The notes under the pieces are model-generated. The model had not been told where the DNA came from. It saw nothing but the letters and a program-made list of their open reading frames with translations, and made no database searches. This document shows, piece after piece, positions 52,691 to 64,000 of a stretch of DNA of 64,000 nt. Source of the stretch: Callorhinchus milii (Eukaryota); NCBI RefSeq assembly GCF_018977255.1, contig NW_024704743.1, positions 34,164,001 through 34,228,000 on the forward strand. The letters are read 5' to 3'. The translations under genes and the position numbers were made by a program. Position 1 is the first letter of the stretch. Every line of letters starts with the position of its first letter.

Positions 52691-53236
52691 ACCGGTCTGT
52701 CGTGACCTGGTTTACTCCCTCCCTCGCTCGCTCCCTCCCTCCTTTCAAGTAACCGAGTGACACTTGTGATTCTCCAACCCGAGGCGCTGCACCAAATGCA
52801 AGGATTATGATGATGATGGTTATTAGGATAGGATCTAAAAATGAGGCAATGGGGGCTGCAGCTGATAAGCGTTTCAAGATGACCCCCTTTTACACACTCG
52901 TGTTAATCGAGTACAGCCGCCGCTTCACAGCGGAAATCGCCACGAAGCGCTTCTGTGAGAGGGGTTTTTTTTTTGGTTTTTTTGGTGACACGAGAGCCGC
53001 TCCGATCCAAATGCGCAACGTGTCAGAGAGTGGAACTGCGGAGAAGGGACGGACGGTCGGACGGTCGGTGCCCGGCCCCGGGTTTTGGCGGTTGCGAGGT
53101 GGGGCCAATTTTATTTTATTTATTTATTTTTTAAAAAAAATTCTTGTAAGAGTTCAATCCCAGTCTGAAGTCGGCTCTCTGTCAGGTGGTCACACGTCCG
53201 ACGGGTCCCACTTTTGAGTTTGAAAGTTATAAAACT

Positions 53237-53656
53237 CCCCCCCACTCCCTCCCCCTCCCCCCCCCACTCCCTCCCTCCCCACTCCTCTCCCTCCCTCCCC
53301 CCCCCCCCCCACTCCCTCCCCCCCCCACTCCCCCCCCCCCCACTCCCTCCCTCCCTCCTCCCCACTCCCCCCCCCACTCCCCCCACTCCCTCCCCCCCCA
53401 CTCCCCCACTCCCTCCCTCCCTCCTCCCCACTCCCCCCCCCCACTCCCTCCCTCCCCCTCCTCCCCACTCCCCCCCCCCACTCCCTCCCCCCCCCCCCCC
53501 ACTCCCTCCCCCCCCTCCCACTCCCTCCCCCCCCCCTCCCCCCCCACTCCCCTCCCTCCCTCCCTCCCACTCCCTCCCTCCCTCCTCCCACTCCCCCCAC
53601 TCCCTCCCCCCCCACTCCCTCCCTCCCTCCCTCCCCACTCCCTCCCTCCCCCCCAC
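53237..53656. repeat. C-rich minisatellite (CCCCCACTCCCTCCC-like; G-rich on minus strand)
   Basis: Directly visible low-complexity tandem array. It explains the Pro-rich and Gly-rich ORFs here. Confidence 0.95.
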
Positions 53657-54030
53657 TCGGGCTGCGCATCACATATCAGTGCAGAGAGCGGCTGCGGCGC
53701 CTCCCGCGCCCGGACGGCGACCGTTATAATCTTCCCAAACAGCTCCCGCAGCCGCCGCCGCATCCGCGCGCCTTGAAGACCCGGAGCCATGGCAACCACA
53801 GCCCGACCCCACCCCGCGGCCCCCGGTACCAACCAACCAGGCAACCAGGAGGCCGCCGCCACTGCGGCCCCTTCCCCTCCCTCCCTCCCTCCCTCCCTCT
53901 CTCCCCCTCCTCCTCCTCCCACCGGGTCCGACACTCAACAGCCAGAAAGTTTCGAACCTGCGTCTCGGTTGGTTTCTGCTCCGCCGCTTCCTGCTTCCCC
54001 GCGGGGCCACCATCTTCCTCCCCGTGCGCC
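53657..54030 (-). other. Putative first (5' UTR) exon of a minus-strand gene, tentatively ANKRD11-like (unverified recall)
   Basis: Unique CpG-rich sequence in the island core, with a minus-strand YY1-like motif AAGATGGTGGC near its 5' end. Candidate donor CCCGA|GTGGGG at 53657/53656, followed by a G-rich tract typical of first-intron starts. The TSS is approximate and the donor is weak. Confidence 0.55.
53984..53993 (-). promoter_or_regulatory. ETS/GABP-type motif (CAGGAAGCGG)
   Basis: ccgcttcctg on + within the CpG island core; motif match only. Confidence 0.4.
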
Positions 54031-54078
54031 CTTCAATCCGCTCCGGGCGGAGTCCGAGCGCAGGAAGATGGCGGCCCC
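54003..54078. promoter_or_regulatory. Two divergent YY1-type motifs forming a 17-bp inverted repeat
   Basis: AAGATGGCGGC on + at 54065-54075 (YY1 consensus) and AAGATGGTGGC on - at 54016-54006. ggggccaccatcttcct and aggaagatggcggcccc are 16/17 reverse-complementary. Confidence 0.65.
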
Positions 54079-54126
54079 CCCCCCCCACCACCGCGCCCCG
54101 GCCTGGCTCAGCCCCCCCCCCCCCCT

Positions 54127-54830
54127 GCTGAGCCAGGCCGGGGGGGGAGGGGGCTGAGCCAGGCCGGGGGGGGCCTGAGCCTGGCCGGGGGGGGGGGGCT
54201 GAGCCAGGCCGGGGGGGGAGGGGGGGAGGGGGGGGGCTGAGCCTGGCCAGGGGGGGAGGGGGCTGAGCCAGGCGGTTGGGCTGAGCCTGGCCGGGGGGGG
54301 GGGGCTGAGCCAGGCCGGGGTGTGGGGCTGAGCCTGGCCGGGGGGAGGGGCTGAGCCTGGCCAGGTGTTGGGGGGGAGGGGGCTGAGCCTGGCCGGGGGG
54401 GGGAGGGGGCTGAGCCAGGCCGGGGGGGGAGGGGGGCTGAGCCTGGCCGGGGGGGCTGAGCCAGGCTGGGGGGGGGGTGGGGGGCTGAGCCTGGCCGGGG
54501 GGCTGAGCCAGGCCGGGGGGGATGGGGGGGGCTGAGCCAGGCCGGGGGGGATGGGGGGGGGGCTGAGCCAGGCCGGGGGGGGAGGGGGGGGGCTGAGCCA
54601 GGCCGGGGGGGAGGGGGGGGGGGGCTGAGCCAGGCCAGGGGGGGGGAGGGGGGCTGAGCCAGGCCGCGGGGGGGGAGGGGGGGCTGAGCCAGGCCGGGGG
54701 GGGGGGGGAGGGCTGAGCCAGGCCGGGGGGGGGGGCTGAGCCAGGCCGGGGGGGGGTGGGAGGGGGCTGAGCCGGGCCGGGGGAGGGGGGCTGTGCTGAG
54801 CCAGGCCGGGGGGGAGGGGGGCTGAGCCAG
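54127..54830. repeat. G-rich minisatellite, core GCTGAGCC(A/T)GGCC separated by variable G-runs
   Basis: More than 20 visible copies of the core with poly-G spacers. Confidence 0.95.
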
Positions 54831-57800
54831 TATTTTTCTTTAATTAAAAATAAAGTCCTTTTTTATTTTACTGCTGGGGTGGGATGTGTGAATGAAAGCC
54901 TCGACTTTGTTATTGTTTTCACTTTAGTTTATACAGTATCAGCAGAGCTCAGGCACGGTTGCCCTCGCCACCTAGTTTGGTTTTAGACACAGGGAGAAAG
55001 ATAACAAATTATTTATAGGTTTCTCACGTGTTACCCAATGTTTTCCAATTGCAAGTTAGCATAACGGTGCTCTGGGAGAGATTGAGAATAGCACTGAGGT
55101 GAAATCAAATCCTCCCAACTGGTTCTGAACAGGGACAGTGAGAGACAGTTGGACAACATTTGCAATTCACATGGAGCTCTACAAAATAGTGCAACTTGAA
55201 GGAAAGGAACTGGTAATAGAGAGCCTACAATAAAATATTTATGAATCATTTCTTCACAATGGTATTTAAATCGAGTAGTTACTCCTAGAAATGTATGCTT
55301 TCATTGAAAAATACAAATTGTGGTAATGTTGCGAGGTCAGCAGCCTGGAGTGCCCAGCCAACAGTTTTGGGTGTTTTGAGATATCTTACCGACGTGAAAG
55401 GTGAGCAATAACTGGTTGTAAATGTAACTTCTATTGTATTATGACAATATAAACATTTTGTTCAGAATGGAATAAAATTGAACCCCAAACCAAGAAATTC
55501 ATCCTACAGCAGCAACACAATTTCTTGTACCAGGCTAATTTTATTTTACTACTTAAGATCTACTTCTTTTACCTTCATAACAGGCATTTTGGTTGCATTT
55601 CAATTCTCTTCCCAGCCCCCATATAATAGAGATCTTGAAAACAAGATACATGAAACAACAACAAATTACATCTATAGAGCGCCTTTCGCATCAGGAGGAC
55701 GTCCCAAAGTGCTGAAAAAACCCATAAAAATTATACACAGATGAGCGAATGTTGTAAACTAATCCAGGTAGGAAAAATGTGTAAAACTCAAAAGTTGTAT
55801 ACAAGCGGGATTCTGTGTAAATAAGATTCATTTTGAGCATCATTTTATTTATTGCTAAAGAAGCGACCTGATATCTGAAGATGCATTCTGACAACAGATA
55901 CTATTCAGAGATGCTTCTGAAAACACAATACAATTCATGAGTGTGCATTTCATATAGTGCTGTCCTACTTGAACCTCCTCTGATGATTCATTGTTTTCTG
56001 ATGTAAAACGTTTCAACACTTGACCTAAATTACTCAAATTTATATGAATTTGTGTTTCAAATGTTAGACATGATTACGTGCACTTTAAAGAGTTTACCCC
56101 AATAAATGAGTAACAAATATCAATTCACTGCACCACAGAAATCCCAAGTGACCCTTGATTTTACAGTTGGCTCGCGTGTTTGTTGATAGCCTGTGATTTT
56201 ACAACTCAGAATTCTCATAAATCCTCACTTGAGACAATCCACAGGAGACCTGGAGAAGTAAAACCGCTTTGGTCACCCTACACTCACATGCAAATAGAGA
56301 GAGAGAGAAAACAAACACGTATATAAAGTGGTGGAATAAAATTACTACCAAACTTTTATCAGAAAAGCACCTTAGCCATAAAAAAAATTACTTTGAAGCA
56401 ATGCATTGGAACGTATGAAATGGGAGGGTACAGGGAGAAGTCCAAAACAGTTTACAGAACATGAGGAGGTCATTTCAAAGCCATGCTTTGAAATGAGATG
56501 TGAAACCGAGGTCCATCTAACTATTCAGGTGGTTACTAAGTCCCATGACACTATTTCAAAAGAGAAGGGAGTTTCTTTACGTGCAAACTAACAACCTTTA
56601 CATAAATTGGCCATTCACCTCATGGCTGCTTGTTGAACAAAAAGCTGAATATTTATCCATCCCAAATAGTCAATGTTGATCTGTTTCTCTCTACAGATAA
56701 ATCTTCTTATCCCTAAGGTGTAGCAACACAGAAATTATCATGTTCCTATGAGTATTTGTTCATCTTAGATTCAATCTGCATTACAACATGGCTTCCGAGC
56801 TGATACTCAGTGAGTTTATCTTTGAAGAGATTAACCAATGCAGCTTCAACTGTGTTCACTGGGAATCTTCTGCACATATCCAATACTTTGTGTGTGTGGG
56901 GGTGTTGAATGTCTAGTCTTGCTTGGGTCCAATATGTAAACTATTATATTTGCCTGCATTAAAAACAGCTATTATTCCTTAGTACATCTGCTTAATTGAT
57001 CCATGGGGTTTCTGGCACATGTAGAAATTCACACCATGTTTAACAATATCCAAAGCAAACTACTGAGAGGTCTACCAATGTGGTTTCCGTTTGTCTGATA
57101 TGGAGTGTGCACTTTTTCCCCAGAGGAGGCACTGAATCCCACAGAGTTCAGGAGCAGGTTGGCAAGAGCCAAGGCTTGGGGACCCTAGAATGTGCCTGAG
57201 GGTACTGCTGGAATTTAACCAGCTAAACCCAATTCAACTTGTAATTGCAAACATTGGTTGCAAGTCCAGGATCACTCTACCCATAGGGCTTTGCCTTTGC
57301 TGAGTAAACAACAAATTAATTTATAACGTCTTTCACATCAGCACAACATCTCAAAGAGCTTCACATAACTTAACAGGAGAAGATGGGAAGTATCCTGTGA
57401 CTGGTCTGCCTCTCCAAGTCTTGCTAATCAGCCAGTAGCTCGTCCACCAACAATAGTGATATTCATTCATACAACTTGTTACTGAAAGAAACTATTATAA
57501 TATTACATGCTCATTTCCAAGCAATTTATGAATGGCAGAAGAAGGTGAGGAACCAGAACAGACCTTTGTGGGGCTCTGCTCACGAAGGAAGTCCAGAAAG
57601 AGCTTTTCCATTTATCATCCCCTCCACTTCCTATTGCTAAACCAGCTTTTAATCCAATGACCTAATTTGCCATTAATTCCATTGAGCCTTTCTGAAACAA
57701 CACATGCATGAGACCACGCAGCTTTATATATTGCTCAGGTCTTGATAGGAATAGCAGCACATATAATATTTGTAAACCAGATTTTTGTTTAAAATAACTT

Positions 57801-59612
57801 AATTAGCTTGCAATTTTCAGGTACACGTCTACATTTTTACATAACGAACATTAATAAATTAACATCTTCAATATATTGCATGGTGTTGCCAAGTACTGAC
57901 CCACAAACCAACAACAACAACAAATTGCATTTATATAGCGCCCGTCACATGTTGTAGCGTCCTGGAACACTTGCCAATAACATCATCAATTGTACTGAAG
58001 CAATAAAAGTTCTCACCTTCTGTACGCTGGAGAGAGCCTTTACCAGGCTTGTAAATTTGCAATGGCTCGTAAATAATTATAAATTATAAGTTAAAGTTAA
58101 AATATTTATAAATTATACATAAACTATTTTTATTTATAGAGCAGTTGATTCTAATCAAGCTTATTAACACTTATCTTATGACTTAGTTGGTAATAACCAG
58201 CACCCAATATGTAATGGGGGTATGCTGACTGACAAGGTCCCAGTTTGGATCTCTGAGCAGTTATAAGTTAACTGAGCTACAATTGGCCTGTACGCCTCTG
58301 TGTCTCGGGTTGGGCAGGAAGACAAAATACTCCTGATCCTTATGCAGCAACCTCTGCTGGAAAGAATGTTGCATGTGGAAGTCAGATGAGAATAGGCTCA
58401 GGCTCAGCTGTATCCTATCCCAGTCAAATAGTTTACTAACTCACCACATCTAACAGACACATGAATAATGGCCACTTGGGCAAGGCAACTCTCAGTGTGC
58501 AACTAGGTAGCCCAACAGAGCTACCTAATAACCTAATAATAACCATTATTCCTGGTTTCAAATGTTGACACTTACGACATAACAGCACTGTAAGACCATG
58601 ACTAAAAATAACTAATGATCGTAGATCGCTTATGCATCAATTTGAGTCATTGTAAAACTTTAATAAATGTCAACTACTAGATACATTAGTATTAAAATAT
58701 TGGATACAAATAGTGCTATAATGCATATTTGCATTATAGTTCCTTGCAAACCAGTTTCCCTAAATGTCATGAATCTTTAGCCTACTTAAAATCAGAATCT
58801 GAAACTGCATTTTAACACATTAAAATATGAGATTAACAGACTAATGAGCTTGGGTAATCATGACAATTGTATGAAGTTAACTGAAAAAGTGAGTAAGATA
58901 ACTAATAATGTATTCATATCAGAACAAAGAAACATTGTACTTCTTGAGCAACAGTAAGATTAATGGCATTGCAAAGTACATTGATTTTTCAGTGTATAGA
59001 AATGTGACATGTAATTACTGCATCGTCAAAAGAATTATATTGAAATAATATGAGGCATGAAATACTTATTTTCTCAGGAAAGCTGCAGTCTACATTATTA
59101 GTTATTTAAATCATTGCAGTGATTCATCTCCTCAACAATTACAATGCAACAAAGCTCTTACTTTGAATTACAACACAATGATCCCATATACTGTGCACTC
59201 GTCACCAAGTTTCCCAGCAACCAAGTACCAACAGTTTCTTGAGAACCTAGCAGCAATCACATTACCAATTGATCCTGCTGCTCACCACCTTGTGTATCAA
59301 ACACCTTGAGTGCACTACCAGTCACTCCCGATAGTGTACGTATCAAACAAAAAAAATCCGGGGACCAAAATTCCATCTGGTCTTAACTTCTAAGAGTATT
59401 TTGTTTTTACATACAAGATTGTGCAGAATTGTGGAAATGTATTAAAATTTAATTTAGCTTCCAAATTAAGACTGAATTGAATTTTCCACAATTTTGAACA
59501 ATCTTACATTTTATGGCAAAAATGGCTTTACAGAATAAAACTGGATGGGGTTTTGGGCCTCTGATTCCAAAACCAAACAAAGCTGCATGATCAAATATAT
59601 CCCATTTAGAGT

Positions 59613-59856
59613 CATAGGAACATAGGAATTAGGAGCAGGAGGAGGCCATTCGGCCCCTCGAGCCTGCCCCGCCATTCAATAAGATCATGGCTGATCTTCT
59701 AACGTAACTCCATCTGCCCATCTTATCCCCATATGCCTTAATCCCTCTATCCTTTAGAAACCTATCAATCTTAGTCTTGAATATGTTCACAGACTGAGCA
59801 TCTATAGCCTTCTGGGGTAGAGAATTCCATAAATTCACTACTCTTGAGTGAAGAAG
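59613..59856 (-). mobile_element. CR1-type LINE 3' end
   Basis: Close reverse-complement match to about 2910-3150 (NLWNSLPQKAIDAQSVNIFKTKIDRFL) with the same octamer tail. Confidence 0.9.
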
Positions 59857-59859
59857 TCA

Positions 59860-60350
59860 TAGTACTTCACAGTGCCAAAGAAGGCTGCATGGCTCATCGT
59901 GTTAATCAGGTAGACTCTTTGAAAGAGGAATGAATTCATTTCCATTTACCCTCCTTTTCCCCATACCCCTTCAAATTACTCCTTTTTAGATATCTATCTA
60001 ATACCCTCATGAAAGATAGTATAGATCCTACCTTAAACAATGCTCCACATTTTAATAACTTTCTGTGTAAAAAAAAATCCTCATAATCTCCCCTTTTGCT
60101 TCTTTGGTAATCATCTTAAATTGATGCCCTCTAGTCACTGACTCAAATAATTTCTCCCTATCGACTCTTATGAAAACCACTCATAATCTTAAAGAACTCT
60201 ATCAGGTCTCCAGTTTTCAGTAACATAAAAGTCTCCAGTCTCATACTTGTACTGATAAAAGGTTGATAACAGGGTCAGTGATTCAACCCTGGTATCATCC
60301 TAGTAAATCTCCTCTGTGCCCTCTCTATGGGCCTGACATGGTTACCAAAG
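59860..60350 (-). mobile_element. Degraded CR1-type LINE 3' fragment
   Basis: Similarity by eye to the other CR1 3' copies (ttaaattgatgccctctagtcactgactc; tcataatcttaaagaactctatcaggtctcc). Confidence 0.6.
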
Positions 60351-60834
60351 TGGAATGAATATTTAAACTTTTTTTTAAATATTATGGAATGACTTAAAGG
60401 CAATCATCTATCTGGTTAGTCTCAGTGTTCTGTTATAAAGTGTTCGCCTTCAGTCACACGATTTATGGTTTTTATTTGGAACTCTGGATCAAACGTTGAG
60501 TAGAAGTCAAATCTGTAGGTAGCTCTAGCTAGGTATAGGAGAGGGAAAGAGGAAAGGTAGGGGCTCATATGGAGTATAAACACAGGCACAGATTAGTTGG
60601 CCAAATGGCCTGTTTCTGTGCCGAACCATTCTCTGTAATTCAAGCTCAGTTCAGAAGTCTTGAATTCAGTGCCTCTTTGCTAATATTTGATCTGAACCAT
60701 TTCAATTTTCCTCCCCCACCCCACAAGCTCAAGCTCCCAGGCAGCTGTTTGAAGCATTTGGAGATGCTATGTAAATTGTTGTTGTTGGATATAATGCTGC
60801 CTTTTAATTATTCACAGCTATTCATTGTTATACA

Positions 60835-61232
60835 ATAATGCTTGCATTTGATATAGCGCCTTATCATACCGTCAAGACACTCCACAGGATATAATGCAAA
60901 GTGGATTGACTGTGTATTTTGTGGACGAAACACAGCAGATAGATTCACATAGCAATGTGCCACAAACAACCATAGAGTCAGTGACCAATTTTATTTGGCG
61001 GATTGTTGGCCATGCACAGGAGAAACACCCTTTTTTTTGAATAGTGCCACAGGATCTTTTAATATAATAATAATAATATAATAATAATATCCACCTGAAC
61101 ATGCAGCCGGGACTTCAGTTTAACATCTCATCTGAAGGATGGCATCTCCAACAACGCAACACACTCCCAGCCTGCATTGGAGTGTTATCTTAGTCTGTGT
61201 AAATTCCAAGTCCTGATTTTGGACTTGAAAAC

Positions 61233-61263
<31 letters not shown>

Positions 61264-61275
61264 AACTGAGCCGGA
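60835..61275 (-). mobile_element. Older tRNA-headed SINE with Deu-like central domain
   Basis: Minus head ggctcagttggtagcactcttgcctctgagtcagaagg; central gatgccatccttcagatgagatgttaaac...caggtggat...aaagatcctgtggcactatt; same 3' tail as the young family. Family assignment is from recall. Confidence 0.75.
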
Positions 61276-61814
61276 CTGATGGAATTGTTCTCCATGCAAT
61301 ACATAAAGACACAATGTTTGAGAGATTTATAACTAGATTTATAATTTATAACTGTTCAAAGAGATATTATCACAACATAAAATGGATGAGGCTAATGGTA
61401 ACAGTACTTGTAAATAATTAAAACAAGAAACCAAAACAATGCAACCCAGTAGTTGTTGGTTTTACGCAGTTCTTTTTATAGCCAAGTACAAACATCTGGT
61501 ATGTTCTGGTATCTGATTTTACTCCCAGTGTGGGTACAAAACCTATTATCCTTACACTGCAGAATAAACAGGAACTGCATATGGTTGACACAACTAATGC
61601 TGTGACAAGCACTATGAAGGGTCGAACAGTCGGCTGCCAGTATGTGAATAGAAACCCAACACTGAAAACTGTTCAATGACCCTTCAGTTTCTCAGATAAA
61701 GGAATATAGTAAAATAACTGACTGTCAAGCACAAATTTGTTTAGATAAAATATGTTGTTAGAAATTCAACTTTAGTCAGGTTTGCTGAGTCAAATCTCAT
61801 TTCAGAAGTCTCGA

Positions 61815-62150
61815 ACTCAGTTCCTCTTTACTAACATTGCTGTGTTGTCAGAGGTGCCATCCTTCAAGTGAGACGTTATACCGAAGTTCCATCTGCCTAT
61901 CCAGGTGGATGTTAAAGATCCTATGGCAATATCAGAAAAGAGAAGGGAGTTTCTCCTGGTGTCCTGGCCAACACGCCCCAAATAAAATTGGTCTCTCACT
62001 CCTTGGCTGTTTGTGGGCATTGCTATGTGCAAATTGCTGCTGTGTTCGCCCACAGAATACACAGCTACACCATTTACAGTATATCCTGCAAAGCACTTAG
62101 AGACATCTCATCAACATGGTAAGGTGCTATATCAAATGCAATGATTATTT
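61815..62150 (+). mobile_element. Older Deu-like SINE (5'-truncated)
   Basis: gaggtgccatccttcaagtgagacgtta...caggtggatgttaaagatcctatggca...ggtgctatatcaaatgcaatgatt. Further fragments lie near 2310-2500, 3360-3660, 8980-9175, 17455-17620, 42026-42260 and 48060-48335. Confidence 0.75.
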
Positions 62151-64000
62151 TATTTGAATTGAAAAATGGGTCAAAAGTCACATATAGAAGATGGTAAAGA
62201 TAGGACTGGTAAAGGAGAAATGGTCATGGTTTTTAAATGTCCCTGGGTTTTTATTTTCTCTCCACATTTCTTTGGGGCCTAATACTACATACAATTCACC
62301 CAGTGAGAAAATAAACAGTCCAGGAAACCTGCCCTTGGGCCTTTCCAATGTGCCTTGTGACCAGGGAACTAGATGGCAGGGCTTTGACTCATCATCTGAT
62401 TTCTTCATTCTACTGAGGAAGTGGTTCACTTCCACTCAGCGATTTCTCTCTCCCAGCTGCGTTCAGAAATTCATCATGTTGCTTAAGAGTACGTCACTGG
62501 TGTTTCATTTTTCTTGTTCTTTATTTGAAATGATGAGACATGATCTAATACAGTCCATTAGAAAACATTAGTTATCCTTCCATTGCATCTAATCAAATCT
62601 GCTTAACATTATAAATTTACCCATTGCATAACCTGAATTCACATTCTTCCTAGATGTACAAAATGTATGTTGGCAATTCATAGAATAGTAACTCAAGCAC
62701 AGAAGGAGGACACTTGGCTCATTGAGCTACAGTTACTCTATTCCTAATTTTCTGCACTTTCCCCAGTACCTTTTTAAACTCTTCAAATTTGAATGACATG
62801 AATAAAGATGTACAATCTGTGGAAAGCACTGGAGGCACATGGACACTATTCTACCATTATAAACATTTCTAAGTTTCCCATTCCAGAATTTTGTTAAGAA
62901 TCGGCGAGACATTTCACTACAAAACTACAAGAACCTGTCAATGCAATCTAAATAAACACTTTGTATATAGCACATTGGAATAGTCAAGTTACAGAAGTTC
63001 AAATGATGACACTGAATATGTCTTACGAGCACTTTGACTACAAGGATTTCCAAACAATATGGTGAAATGGATATGGTGTAATATCTACACTTTATCATGT
63101 GCATTGAATATACTATGGTACTTAAACAGGAAAACACTCCCATTACTATTTATTATACTCTGCGCTGACTAAGCAGATACTTAAAAGCCATTACATCAAG
63201 CTCTTCATCTTGTTTGTGAGCTGCACACTGACATTTATTGTCATGACATCATCCTGCCTGCACAATAGTTAATTGCAGTCAAATAGGTGATTCCTGTGCC
63301 AACGGATTGAGTTGTTGAGGTCTTATAAATGGTTATGGATTTAAGACTATAAAGACGGTGGCCCTCACCTCTCGGCATGAAAAGTGGGCTGTGGTTTTGT
63401 TGAACATCGTTTCTGAATATCCAGAAATTTCTTTCATAGCCTGAAATTTATCATGTTTTTAGCCTTAAAATTGAAGATCTGTCAGAATTGTGGAAAATTC
63501 TTAAAGTTAGTCTTATTTTGGAAAAGGGGTTTTCGTAGTTCTTAACATACCTCTCCCACATCCCTTCTAGCACTCCTATGGATGTACAAGTACAGTCTAA
63601 TGTTTAAGGCTGACAATTTCCTGGTCTTTATGGCTCAGTGTATTTAACAACAACAACTTGTAGGGTAGCATCCTGGAGCGCTTCTGGAACACGGAGAAAG
63701 TAAAAGTAGTTTCAAGTTGGATCAGAGCACTGGAGGTTTTCTAATTTCATTTTCAATTATAGCAACATAAACTGCACTGTATGTACATGGCAGATGTAAT
63801 AAATAAAAATATTAATCCTCGCATTTGATATTGCGCCTTAACACATCGTTGAGACATCTCAAAGTGCTTCTAAGAATATATTGTAAAGTGGATTGACTAT
63901 ATTTTGTGGGTGAAACATGCAATGTAATGACAACTACGTGCACAATTTCTTTGTTTTGGTTTGGAAGATTTGAGAATTGGATCCTTGGAGAACTGAACTG

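Larger units (their letters stand above)
52430..54830. promoter_or_regulatory. CpG island / GC-rich promoter region
   Basis: Abrupt rise in GC and CpG density against a CpG-depleted AT-rich background. Contains YY1 and ETS motifs and G/C-rich minisatellites. Boundaries estimated by eye. Confidence 0.85.

Noticed and set aside
53120..53776. Long Pro-rich and Gly-rich ORFs (160-235 aa) on both strands
   Set aside because: They are open only because the C-rich minisatellite lacks stop codons.
54127..54830. Repeat-spacer pattern resembling a CRISPR array
   Set aside because: Spacers are poly-G runs rather than unique sequences, the context is eukaryotic and there are no cas genes.
62178..62571. 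126-aa and 85-aa overlapping ORFs
   Set aside because: No recognisable homology or convincing splice signals; consistent with chance.

Overview
Eukaryotic, vertebrate-type DNA that is AT-rich and CpG-depleted. The repeat content (CR1 and L2 LINE 3' ends, tRNA-headed and Deu-type SINEs, a Penelope-type terminal segment) suggests a cartilaginous fish, possibly a chimaera; this is an inference. I can support no complete protein-coding gene or canonical coding exon. The main landmark is a CpG-island promoter at about 52.4-54.8 kb, with two outward-facing YY1-type motifs, ETS motifs and G-rich minisatellites on opposite strands. It appears to drive a minus-strand gene with a GC-rich first exon (putative donor 53657/53656) and a clean 111-nt second exon (35713-35603) that has stops in all three frames. 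Everything to the left would then be intronic 5' region, with the main CDS starting outside the window. From memory the exon resembles the ANKRD11 5' UTR, but this is unverified. Best observations: a candidate spliced 75-aa uORF across exons 1-2; a CR1 LINE whose RT sequence shows strong AT-to-GC/CpG-gaining change next to the island; a short inverted templated insertion in that CR1; a duplicated splice donor in a 163-bp tandem duplication; and several hairpins, inverted repeats and nested insertions. I see no evidence for a new multi-gene system.
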